24,000 nucleotides of DNA, taken from contig OZ242345.1 of NCBI GenBank assembly GCA_965208605.1, positions 1,471,380-1,495,379 of the forward strand, read 5' to 3'. The notes beneath the pieces are model-generated. The model was not told the origin of the DNA. It was given only the letters and a program-made list of their open reading frames with translations, and ran no database searches. Numbering within the stretch: position 1 is the stretch's first letter; the number at the start of each line of letters is the position of its first letter. Origin of the DNA: Candidatus Azotimanducaceae bacterium. GTDB taxonomy: Bacteria; Pseudomonadota; Gammaproteobacteria; Pseudomonadales; Azotimanducaceae. This document shows positions 15,195 to 23,243 of this stretch, in pieces. A program made the translations under genes and the position numbers.

Positions 15195-16922
15195 ATGATC
15201 AAACTTGCAGTGCCTTTACTGTTTGCCGGTTTTTGCCTTGGTCTCACAGCTTGCCAGCAGAATGAGCCAGACGACGAAGCAGCTGACACAATTCTCGTCA
15301 ATGCAAACATTCATACCATGGATGCCACGCACCCTACTGCCTCAGCACTGGCGATAAAAAACGGCAAGTACATCTACATTGGTGACAATCAGGGTGCTCG
15401 ATCGGTCGCCAATGCGTCGACTGAACTGATAGATCTGGGCGGCAAAATGCTAATGCCTGGAATCAACGATGCCCACCAACATCCGGTTGAGGGAGGCACG
15501 AAAGAACTATTTGAGTGTAGCTTTCCTTTCACTTCCGGGCCGGATGAAATTTCCAAGGCATTGCGCGCCTGCGTCGCAGCTCAGCCAGATGCTACCTGGA
15601 TACGTGGTGGGCAATTCTCCAGTGACTTTTTTGTCGACTACCCCATGGAATCTCCCAGGCTGTGGCTGGACAATGTATCCGGCAACAAAGCCGTTGCTCT
15701 TGTTGATGACGCCTATCATAACGCGTGGTTGAACACGCGAGCCATGGAGCTTTTGGGCGTAAATGGTGTCGAGGATTTACCCGAAGGCGTTGAGATGGCT
15801 CTCGATCAGGAGGGCAAGCCCGATGGCTTTATGATTGAAGCGTTTGGTTTCCTAAAAGATCAACTCACATGGAGTGAAGAACAATATCGGGCCGCAGTAG
15901 CGCACGCTGTTAAGCTGGCCAACGGGTTTGGCATTACAGGGCTAAAAGCAACCGCGATCGCCGAACCGGAGCTTGCTGCCTTTAAGTCTCTGGCCGAGAA
16001 CGAAGGCTTATCTGCACATGTTGCTGGTGCGATCGCCACACCGTATGGTCATCGTACCGAGGCATTGGATGTGAGCGAATACATTAAACTTCGCGATACC
16101 TATAAGGCACCGAACTTTAACACCAACTTCGTGAAAATATTTATGGATGGTGTGCCCACGGCGGCGCGAACAGCCGCGATGCTTACGCCCTATACCGCTG
16201 CTAAAGAGGGAGAAGAACGCACCCGAGGTCAACTTCACATTACTGCCGAGCTATTGAATCAGGATGTCGTTGCTCTCGATGCGGCTGGCTTTACCATCAA
16301 AATCCACACCGCAGGCGATCGATCAGTGCGAGTGGCACTAGATGCGATAGAGCAAGCGCGAGTCAAGAATGGTAAGAGCGGCGCACGCCATGAGCTAGCT
16401 CATGCCGGCTACGTTGATGAGGCAGATATAAATCGATTTGCCAGCTTGAACGCGATCCCGGATTTCTCCCCCTATATCTGGTTCCCATCACCTATTATGG
16501 ATTCGGTATTAACCGCCGTTGGCGAACGCGGAGAGTTTTACTGGCCTACAAAAACACTATTGAAGAGTGGCGCCAGCGTCGCGCCCGGTTCTGATTGGCC
16601 AGCTGCCGTACCGAGCATGAATCCTTGGCCAGGCATTGAAGCGTTAGTCACCAGAGCTGATCCTTTCAGCAATGGTACGGACACCTTGTGGGCCGACGAG
16701 GCGGTGTCGTTGGCAGATGCGCTCAAAGTTTTCACGGTTAACGGTGCGAAAGCACTCCGAATAGGCACACAGAGTGGCTCTATTGAAATCGGAAAATCGG
16801 CAGATTTCATCGTCTTAAACCATAATCTGTTTGACATAGAGCCAGCACTTATTAGTGATACTGAAGTGCTAATGACGTTCTTTGCCGGTAGTAAGGTGTA
16901 TGAAAAGTCTAATCAGAAATAA
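15195..16922 (+). CDS. Metal-dependent amidohydrolase (Amidohydro_3/YtcJ-like), predicted lipoprotein, paralog 1
   Basis: 575 aa. Lipobox LGLTAC, HxH metal motif PGINDAHQHP, and IHTAGDRSVR, HELAHAG and GSDWPA motifs. The RBS GGAG lies 7 nt upstream. Confidence 0.85.
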   Translation: MIKLAVPLLFAGFCLGLTACQQNEPDDEAADTILVNANIHTMDATHPTASALAIKNGKYIYIGDNQGARSVANASTELIDLGGKMLMPGINDAHQHPVEGGTKELFECSFPFTSGPDEISKALRACVAAQPDATWIRGGQFSSDFFVDYPMESPRLWLDNVSGNKAVALVDDAYHNAWLNTRAMELLGVNGVEDLPEGVEMALDQEGKPDGFMIEAFGFLKDQLTWSEEQYRAAVAHAVKLANGFGITGLKATAIAEPELAAFKSLAENEGLSAHVAGAIATPYGHRTEALDVSEYIKLRDTYKAPNFNTNFVKIFMDGVPTAARTAAMLTPYTAAKEGEERTRGQLHITAELLNQDVVALDAAGFTIKIHTAGDRSVRVALDAIEQARVKNGKSGARHELAHAGYVDEADINRFASLNAIPDFSPYIWFPSPIMDSVLTAVGERGEFYWPTKTLLKSGASVAPGSDWPAAVPSMNPWPGIEALVTRADPFSNGTDTLWADEAVSLADALKVFTVNGAKALRIGTQSGSIEIGKSADFIVLNHNLFDIEPALISDTEVLMTFFAGSKVYEKSNQK

Positions 16923-16930
16923 TTAATGCG

Positions 16931-18688
16931 ATGCCTACCTATAAACTTGCCAGGACTCCAGTTCTCGCAACTATCGCAAGTGTAGTAATGCTAACTGCCT
17001 GTCAGGACTTGCCAGCATCAAAATCAGCTGATTTGATGGTTGTTAATGCGAAAATATATACGCTTGCTGAACCCGAATGGGCCGAGTCGATGGCCATCAC
17101 CAATGGGCGAATTTCCTATATTGGTAGCGTCGAAGGTGCAGAAAAACTGGTCGGACCAGTAAGCCAGCGTCTGGATCTCGACGGCCGAATGGTGATGCCA
17201 GGTATAAACGACGCGCACCTACACCCCGTAGACGGCGCGCTGAAAGCACTCTATCGCTGCAATTTTCCATTTACAGCTGGCCCACTGGAGGTTCAATCAG
17301 CTGTTTTGGAATGTGTTAGAAATAGTGGCGACCAGCAGTGGATTATCGGTGGCCAATGGGACAGCGATTTCTTTGTCAACAACGATGTAGCTTCCCCGCG
17401 CGGTTTACTCGATGAGGTGTCAGACGACAAAGCCGTTTTTTTACGCGCTGATTCCGGCCACGATGCCTGGTTAAATAGCAAAGGACTGGAGCTTGCTGGA
17501 ATAAACAAACACAGCCATCAACCCGAGGGAGGTACGATTGTTCGTGATGAGAAGGGCGAGCCTAACGGGCTGCTTCTTGAAAAAGCGAAGTATGCGGCGG
17601 AAAAAAAGCTTCCCGCCAACACCGAAGAACAATACGTCAATGCCGCCCGAGAATTGATACAGATAGCGAACGCATACGGCGTAACGGGCATGAAGGACGC
17701 TTCGGCAGAAGAAGCTGATGTGAAATCACTAACGGCATTGGCAAGCTCTGGTGAACTCACTGCGCATATGGCGACCTCACTCAGGGTTCGAAAAGAGGAT
17801 TGGACTGCGGCTGGTTTTGATACCAGCCGATTACTGAGGGTGCGGGACCAGTACACAAATAATAACGTCGACACGCGACACGTAAAAATATTCATGGATG
17901 GAGTGCCGACCTCGTCGAGAACAGCGGCGATGCTGATGAATTACTTGCCTGTTTCAGAGCAAGAGCCTGCGCACAACGGGGACGTACATTTTAGCCTTGT
18001 GCAATTGTCTGAAATGCTGATTACGCTGGATGCGCTAGGCTTTACCGTAAAAATCCATACAGCGGGTGATCGCTCGGTACGCATGGCTCTGGACGCCATA
18101 GAAATTACCCGCGAAAAAAATGGCCGTAGCGGTTTACGCCACGAACTTGCGCATGCAGGTTATATCCATCCCGATGATATTAGTCGCTTCCGCCCTCTCA
18201 ATGCGGTCGCGGATCTGTCGCCTTATATTTGGTATCCCTCACCGATTATCGATTCTGTCCTTCGGGCAGTAGGGCCTCGCGGTGAAAGGTACTGGCCGAT
18301 GCGTGCTCTGATAGCAGCTAACGCCCCTATACTGGCGGGGTCAGATTGGCCCGCGGCTGTCTCTAGCATGAACCCTTGGGTCGGCATTGAAGCCATGGTG
18401 ACTCGAGCCAATCCCAATGACGAAACGGAAGGAGAATTATGGCCCGAGCAAGCGCTCTCCCTCGCGGAAGCGTTACGCGTGTTTACTCTGGGTGGCGCTA
18501 AAGCGCTTCGACTGGAACAGGAAACCGGCAGTCTGGAGACCGGAAAGCTTGCCGATTTTATCGTGTTAAATAAAAATCTTTTCGAGCAAGCCAGCAGCGA
18601 AATTGGTAGCACCGAAGTGGAAGCGACTTTCTTTGAAGGCAAGCTGGTTTATAGCCGCGATCAAGTCTTGTTCAACATCGTTCCGTAA
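16931..18688 (+). CDS. Metal-dependent amidohydrolase (Amidohydro_3/YtcJ-like), predicted lipoprotein, paralog 2
   Basis: 585 aa. Lipobox MLTAC, and PGINDAHLHP, IHTAGDRSVR, HELAHAG and GSDWPA motifs. It is colinear with paralog 1, with roughly half of the positions I aligned by eye identical and more than that in the C-terminal half. Confidence 0.85.
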   Translation: MPTYKLARTPVLATIASVVMLTACQDLPASKSADLMVVNAKIYTLAEPEWAESMAITNGRISYIGSVEGAEKLVGPVSQRLDLDGRMVMPGINDAHLHPVDGALKALYRCNFPFTAGPLEVQSAVLECVRNSGDQQWIIGGQWDSDFFVNNDVASPRGLLDEVSDDKAVFLRADSGHDAWLNSKGLELAGINKHSHQPEGGTIVRDEKGEPNGLLLEKAKYAAEKKLPANTEEQYVNAARELIQIANAYGVTGMKDASAEEADVKSLTALASSGELTAHMATSLRVRKEDWTAAGFDTSRLLRVRDQYTNNNVDTRHVKIFMDGVPTSSRTAAMLMNYLPVSEQEPAHNGDVHFSLVQLSEMLITLDALGFTVKIHTAGDRSVRMALDAIEITREKNGRSGLRHELAHAGYIHPDDISRFRPLNAVADLSPYIWYPSPIIDSVLRAVGPRGERYWPMRALIAANAPILAGSDWPAAVSSMNPWVGIEAMVTRANPNDETEGELWPEQALSLAEALRVFTLGGAKALRLEQETGSLETGKLADFIVLNKNLFEQASSEIGSTEVEATFFEGKLVYSRDQVLFNIVP

Positions 18689-18707
18689 CAGGCTGAGGAG
18701 TAGCCCC

Positions 18708-19076
18708 ATGTCAGACCAGGAAATTGAGAAGATCAAAGCGACAGTCTCGTCTTATGTTAGTGCCTGCCGGAAAGCAGACACCGCACTACTTGAATCAGTA
18801 TTTGCGCCGAATGCTTTAATGGTCGGTTATATGCAAGGCGAACTATTGTTTGGCAGTATTCAGCCTTTTGTCGACGCAGTCGCAGCAAACCCTTCTCCGG
18901 ACGCCGCCGGAACAAGCTACCAGACCACTATCTCAGATATCCGATGTGCGGGCGATGTTGGCCAGGCAACGCTAATTGAAACTGGATATATGAGCTTGAA
19001 CTTTACCAATTACTTCCAGTTGCTGAAACTCGATGGTAAATGGCAAATTACGACGAAATCCTTCCACCACAGTTGA
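18708..19076 (+). CDS. NTF2/SnoaL-like small protein (putative lumazine-binding family), function unknown
   Basis: 122 aa from the ATG at 18708, with GAGGAG 7 nt upstream. The ORF-track start at 18603 overlaps the preceding gene. The pattern YVSACRKADTALLESVF...LKLDGKWQITTKSFH is typical of NTF2-like cone folds. There is no signal peptide. Confidence 0.65.
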   Translation: MSDQEIEKIKATVSSYVSACRKADTALLESVFAPNALMVGYMQGELLFGSIQPFVDAVAANPSPDAAGTSYQTTISDIRCAGDVGQATLIETGYMSLNFTNYFQLLKLDGKWQITTKSFHHS

Positions 19077-19188
19077 GTTCTTGATTGGCGAGAAGTAATT
19101 GTTCTTGAATCTAAATGATTATAAGGTATAAGTTGGAGCATCATCGATCGTATAATATTGATATATGCGAGAAAATGAGCAAAATCAA

Positions 19189-19208
19189 GTCGGTCAAAAT
19201 CGTGACCG
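19189..19208. promoter_or_regulatory. Perfect palindrome TCGGTCA-N6-TGACCGA upstream of the aldehyde dehydrogenase gene (candidate operator)
   Basis: Read directly from the sequence. It has 7-bp arms and ends 37 nt before the ALDH ATG. No T-tract follows it, so it is not a terminator. Confidence 0.3.
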
Positions 19209-19244
19209 AGAAGCATATTTGTGTCAACTCAATGAGGATATAAC

Positions 19245-20666
19245 ATGTTAAACCTAGATATGTATGTAAATGGTCAGGCTGTTCAAGGCAGCGAATCGTT
19301 TGCGGTAATCAATCCAGCCACAGGTGCAGCATTTGCAAATGTTCAGGCCGGCGATATAGCACTAGTTGAACAGGCTGTAGGCTCGGCCAAGCAAGCGTTT
19401 GTTACCTGGAGTCAGACGTCCGATGCCGATCGACAGGCGGCGTGCCGCGATTTGGCCGGTGTGTTGAAAACGAATATGCCGGAGCTAATGGAGCTGGTCA
19501 CGCGCGAAACCGGGAAACCCATGGGCGGTCTTAATGGCGTTGGCTCCGGCATGGAGGTTGGTGGTGCTATGGCCTGGGCTCAGTTCACCGCTGAATTGTC
19601 CATCCCGGTTGAACTCATTCAAGACGACGACACAGCGCGGGTTGAAGTTCACCGAAAACCATTGGGCGTAGTGGCCTCCATCACACCCTGGAACTGGCCA
19701 CTGATGATCGCAATCTGGCACGTTATCCCGGCAATTCGAACTGGCAACACGGTAGTACTTAAGCCGTCACCTTACACCCCAGTCGCCACAACACGGTTCG
19801 TCGAACTCGCGCAACAGGTACTCCCGCCAGGCGTATTAAATCTTGTGCATGGCGAGGGTCCTGTCGGTGGCGCACTCACATCGCACCCGGACATCGCCAA
19901 AATTATATTCACCGGTTCTACCGCTACTGGGCGGAAAATTATGCAGTCAGCTTCCGCGAGCCTGAAACGCATTACCCTTGAACTCGGTGGCAATGATGCC
20001 GGAATAGTCCTGCCTGATGTCAAGGTAGCAGACGTTGCCCCAAAACTTTTCGGCGCCTGCTTTCATAATAACGGGCAAACCTGCGCAGCACTCAAGCGAT
20101 TGTATGTGCACGAATCTCAGTATGAAGAAATGTGCTCAGCACTTGCTGAGCTTGCCCAAACAGTCCGGGTGGGTGACGGTATGGAGGAAGATACCGAGCT
20201 CGGCCCGATACAGAATCTTGCGCAACTGAACATCGTCAAAGATCTCTCCCAGTCAGCGCGTACTGATGGCGGGCGGTTTCTAGCAGGTGGAGAGCAAATA
20301 GATCGCGATGGTTATTTCTTCCAGCCTACAATCGTCGCCGATTTGACTGACGGGTCGAGACTGGTTGATGAAGAACCGTTCGGGCCCATTTTGCCCGTAA
20401 TCAAATATACGGACATTGAAGAAGTCATTCAACGCGCTAATCAAAATGAACGAGGGCTCGGAGGATCGGTCTGGTCAAGCGATACAGCCAAGGCTATCGC
20501 CTTCGCCCAACGCTTGGAGTGCGGGTCGGCATGGGTCAACCAGCATGGCGCTCTTCAACCCAACGCACCTTTTGGAGGTGTAAAACAGTCGGGAATTGGC
20601 GTAGAGTTTGGCACCTATGGCCTAGAGGAATATACATCCATCCAGACCTTAAACATTGCCAAGTGA
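19245..20666 (+). CDS. NAD(P)+-dependent aldehyde dehydrogenase (candidate arylacetaldehyde/phenylacetaldehyde dehydrogenase)
   Basis: 473 aa. ALDH motifs are present: ITPWNWP, FTGSTATG, LELGGNDA, the catalytic Cys in NNGQTCAA, and EEPFGPILPV. GAGGA lies 7 nt upstream. There is no signal peptide. The substrate assignment rests on gene context only. Confidence 0.88.
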   Translation: MLNLDMYVNGQAVQGSESFAVINPATGAAFANVQAGDIALVEQAVGSAKQAFVTWSQTSDADRQAACRDLAGVLKTNMPELMELVTRETGKPMGGLNGVGSGMEVGGAMAWAQFTAELSIPVELIQDDDTARVEVHRKPLGVVASITPWNWPLMIAIWHVIPAIRTGNTVVLKPSPYTPVATTRFVELAQQVLPPGVLNLVHGEGPVGGALTSHPDIAKIIFTGSTATGRKIMQSASASLKRITLELGGNDAGIVLPDVKVADVAPKLFGACFHNNGQTCAALKRLYVHESQYEEMCSALAELAQTVRVGDGMEEDTELGPIQNLAQLNIVKDLSQSARTDGGRFLAGGEQIDRDGYFFQPTIVADLTDGSRLVDEEPFGPILPVIKYTDIEEVIQRANQNERGLGGSVWSSDTAKAIAFAQRLECGSAWVNQHGALQPNAPFGGVKQSGIGVEFGTYGLEEYTSIQTLNIAK

Positions 20667-20698
20667 GGCAAGGAGAGTCAGCGAATTGCCGGGGGATA

Positions 20699-21895
20699 AT
20701 GAGAATGCGCACTAAATTATTCAGTGCAATAACAGGGTTTATTGCTGCGCTAGCGACCGGAGGAATGGCCCTTGCGGAACAGGGACCTGCATCTATTCCG
20801 CCGCCACTTGCGATAGAAAAAACGGGTAATGTACTGAGTTTACCCGCCAGTTATCCCGAAAGCTGGGTCATGGTTGATGAAGCAAGTTTTTTTAGCATGT
20901 ACGGTGGCAAAGTTATCGTTCTAGATGTGATGGAAACCGCCCCTGCCAAGCGCATAAAAGGCATGGTTCATAAAAACTTGCTCGGCAATTTTGCCCAGCA
21001 CCAGAAACGGCCGGAATTCTATGTGCTTGAAACTTTTCACGAGCGCGGCTGGCGGGGTAAAAAAACGGACGTGTTTGTTGTTTATGATCGAAGCACTCTG
21101 AAAATCAAAAAAGAATTTGTCTGGCCAACAGACCGAATGCAAGCTCTCCCGCGACGCTATGACATGACGGTGTCAGGCGACCAAGACTACCTTTACGCCG
21201 CCAATTTCACACCAGCAGCGTCATTTTCAGTGGTTCGACTTGATGGGCATGAGTTGCTGGGAACTATTGATACGCCCGGCTGTGTACTGACTTTCCCCGC
21301 TGGTAAGCGCAGCGTGGCTTCATTGTGTAATAACGGCGGCATGTTAACGACGGTGGTGAATAAGGACGGCAGTCTGAAATCTCAACATCGCATGGAGCCA
21401 TTCTTTGATACAGATAAAACACCGATCTTCGAAAGGCCAGCCATTGTAAAAGGTCGCGCCTATTTCCCCAGTTTCACGGGCATGATGCATGAGATTGATT
21501 TGAGTGGTGAAGTAGCTAAGTACAAAGGAAATTGGAACCTACTAAGTGAGGAAGAGCAAGCCGCAAACTGGCGGCCTGCTGGTCTTGGCCTAGTCGATCG
21601 AGATGACCAGGGACTGCTGTACCTGATCATGCAGCCTGATGGTGCCGAAGGGACGCACTCACACGGTGGCTCTCATATTTGGGTCATTGACGTGCGTAAG
21701 AAACAGCGAGTGCGCATTATCGAAGCACCTAATTGGGCTATATCATTAGCGGTGACCCGAGGCAAGTCACCGAAAATTGTCGTCACCAACGGCGAACTGT
21801 CTTTGGATGTAATTGACGCAGAAAGCGGAGAGCTACTACAAACTATCAGCGATATAGGCAGCGTCACTCCCTTGATCGTTTACAAGTCGTATTGA
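20699..21895 (+). CDS. aauB: Quinoprotein (TTQ) amine dehydrogenase large subunit, MauB/AauB family
   Basis: About 398 aa with a signal peptide (ATGGMALA|EQ). Its size and beta-propeller-like sequence fit MADH/AADH heavy chains, and it is followed by mauE and the light-chain gene. The ORF-track start at 20519 lies inside the ALDH gene. The real start is the ATG at 20699 or at 20705. Confidence 0.8.
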   Translation: MRMRTKLFSAITGFIAALATGGMALAEQGPASIPPPLAIEKTGNVLSLPASYPESWVMVDEASFFSMYGGKVIVLDVMETAPAKRIKGMVHKNLLGNFAQHQKRPEFYVLETFHERGWRGKKTDVFVVYDRSTLKIKKEFVWPTDRMQALPRRYDMTVSGDQDYLYAANFTPAASFSVVRLDGHELLGTIDTPGCVLTFPAGKRSVASLCNNGGMLTTVVNKDGSLKSQHRMEPFFDTDKTPIFERPAIVKGRAYFPSFTGMMHEIDLSGEVAKYKGNWNLLSEEEQAANWRPAGLGLVDRDDQGLLYLIMQPDGAEGTHSHGGSHIWVIDVRKKQRVRIIEAPNWAISLAVTRGKSPKIVVTNGELSLDVIDAESGELLQTISDIGSVTPLIVYKSY

Positions 21896-21905
21896 GCGCA
21901 TTTTA

Positions 21906-22472
21906 ATGGATTGGTTAGCGTTGATTAGTGACTGTCTTGCCTTGTTTTTGTTATGGCTATTTGTCACTGCAGGCATTCACAAATTGCAATACCGAAATAG
22001 GAATTACTATCAGCGAGTAATTTCCGCGTATGGGTTTGATAGCCTGGCAGCATCTTTGAACTTTAGACGGCTATTGGGTCTGTTCGAACTTCTGTTGGGC
22101 ATGACAATCATGGTGCCACTCTGGCGGGAGGTGGCTGCCATCACTGCCACGCTACTGTTGCTCGGCTATTTTGTGTTAATGGCGACTCAGCTCTGGCAGG
22201 GTAAAAGAGATGTTGATTGTGGTTGTGCGGGCCCCATGAGTGATTCAAAAATTGCACCTGCGCTATTGGTTCGAAATGCCTTTCTGATTGTCGTTGCATT
22301 GTTTTGTGTGATGAATGATTCCAGTGCCCTATTCAGTGCTGCTCTCAATGATCGCAGCGCAGCACTGTTTGCGCTTCCTCTCGCGATAATGATGCCCATT
22401 CTATATATGTGTTGTGAACAGCTCATTGTGAATGGTCAGAAACTTCAAAACCTGAAAACAATAAGGTCGTAG
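21906..22472 (+). CDS. mauE: MauE-family membrane protein (amine dehydrogenase maturation)
   Basis: 188 aa with 4-5 hydrophobic helices. It has a DCGCAG motif equivalent to the MauE CGCFG motif and occupies the canonical position after the large-subunit gene. Confidence 0.8.
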   Translation: MDWLALISDCLALFLLWLFVTAGIHKLQYRNRNYYQRVISAYGFDSLAASLNFRRLLGLFELLLGMTIMVPLWREVAAITATLLLLGYFVLMATQLWQGKRDVDCGCAGPMSDSKIAPALLVRNAFLIVVALFCVMNDSSALFSAALNDRSAALFALPLAIMMPILYMCCEQLIVNGQKLQNLKTIRS

Positions 22473-22473
22473 A

Positions 22474-22620
22474 ATGGCTCTCCTCGTCATCTCAAATACC
22501 TTTCTCATGATAGTCATTAAACAGCATGGGCTACAGTACTACCCGTATCTCATATCAGAAGTACTTGGCAGAAATTACAGCATCTCGAAAGATTGTTTGA
22601 AGCAAAAGAACGGAAGGTAG
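22474..22620 (+). pseudogene. 48-codon ORF at the position where mauD/aauD is expected (possible decayed mauD remnant)
   Basis: My translation is MALLVISNTFLMIVIKQHGLQYYPYLISEVLGRNYSISKDCLKQKNGR*. The ATG lies 1 nt after the mauE stop, with AAGG upstream. The hydrophobic N-terminus resembles a MauD membrane anchor, but no thioredoxin-like CxxC domain fits in the 232-bp gap. Confidence 0.3.
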
Positions 22621-22704
22621 CATCTATTCAGACTATATGGCCGGGCAAAGTGCGGCTGATGAAGCCAGCTTTGTAGAAGTGCCGAAATAGGGAGACTGGA
22701 AAAA

Positions 22705-23217
22705 ATGAACATTCTCGACAAACTCTTAGAAAAATCGGCACGCCGAGTTGCTCAACAAAGCTCGCGACGTAGCCTGTTAAAAACAGTAGGCACTGCACTG
22801 GTGGGTGCCGCCAGCATTCCCTTGTTGCCCGTCGCACGTGCTTCGGAGCAACCGGCTAAACCGGCGGAAACTGGCGACCCCGCTAGTTGTGATTATTGGC
22901 GCTATTGTGCCATCGACGGCTTTCTTTGCGAGTGCTGTGGCGGCAATTACAATAGTTGCCCTCCTGGTACCGAAATGTCTACCTTGACCTGGATAGGCAC
23001 CTGCAGAAACCCAGATGATGGGCGCAATTACGTTATCTCATACAACGATTGTTGTGGTGTTACCCAATGTGGAACATGTTTGTGCCAACGTGATGAAAGA
23101 GATCGTCCCATTTACCGAGCTGACAAGTCCAACGACATAAACTGGTGCTTGGGCTCCAGCAGTTCCGTCTATCACTGTTCGACCGCAATCATTGTTGGTG
23201 TGGCGTTCGAAGAATAA
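22705..23217 (+). CDS. aauA: TTQ amine dehydrogenase small (cofactor-bearing) subunit, aromatic-amine-dehydrogenase-like
   Basis: 170 aa. Twin-arginine leader SRRSLLK, then CDYWRYCAIDGFLCECCGG, CPPGT, TWIGTC, DCCG, NDINWC and YHC motifs. The two putative TTQ Trp codons are at 22990-22992 and 23143-23145, 51 residues apart as in MADH (Trp57/Trp108). There are 14 Cys residues. Confidence 0.9.
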   Translation: MNILDKLLEKSARRVAQQSSRRSLLKTVGTALVGAASIPLLPVARASEQPAKPAETGDPASCDYWRYCAIDGFLCECCGGNYNSCPPGTEMSTLTWIGTCRNPDDGRNYVISYNDCCGVTQCGTCLCQRDERDRPIYRADKSNDINWCLGSSSSVYHCSTAIIVGVAFEE

Positions 23218-23243
23218 TTGCATCGTATAACTGAACAATAAGT

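Noticed and set aside
19010-19216. 68-aa minus-strand ORF in the NTF2-ALDH gap
   Set aside because: It overlaps the 3' end of the NTF2-like gene and the putative promoter region, and has no RBS or recognisable motif.
20519-20698. N-terminal extension of the amine dehydrogenase large-subunit ORF. The same type of extension occurs at 18603-18707, 12049-12120, 1860-1883 and 4146-4151.
   Set aside because: The ORF track reports the longest ORFs with alternative start codons. These extensions overlap upstream genes or lack an RBS, whereas the internal ATGs have good Shine-Dalgarno sequences and yield proper signal peptides or N-termini.
22705-23217. Calling the module a methylamine dehydrogenase (mauBEA)
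   Set aside because: The small-subunit motifs (DGFLC.CCGG, WIGTC, NWC) and the context (ALDH, paa genes, no amicyanin) fit the aromatic amine dehydrogenase type better. This rests on remembered sequences and should be confirmed by alignment.
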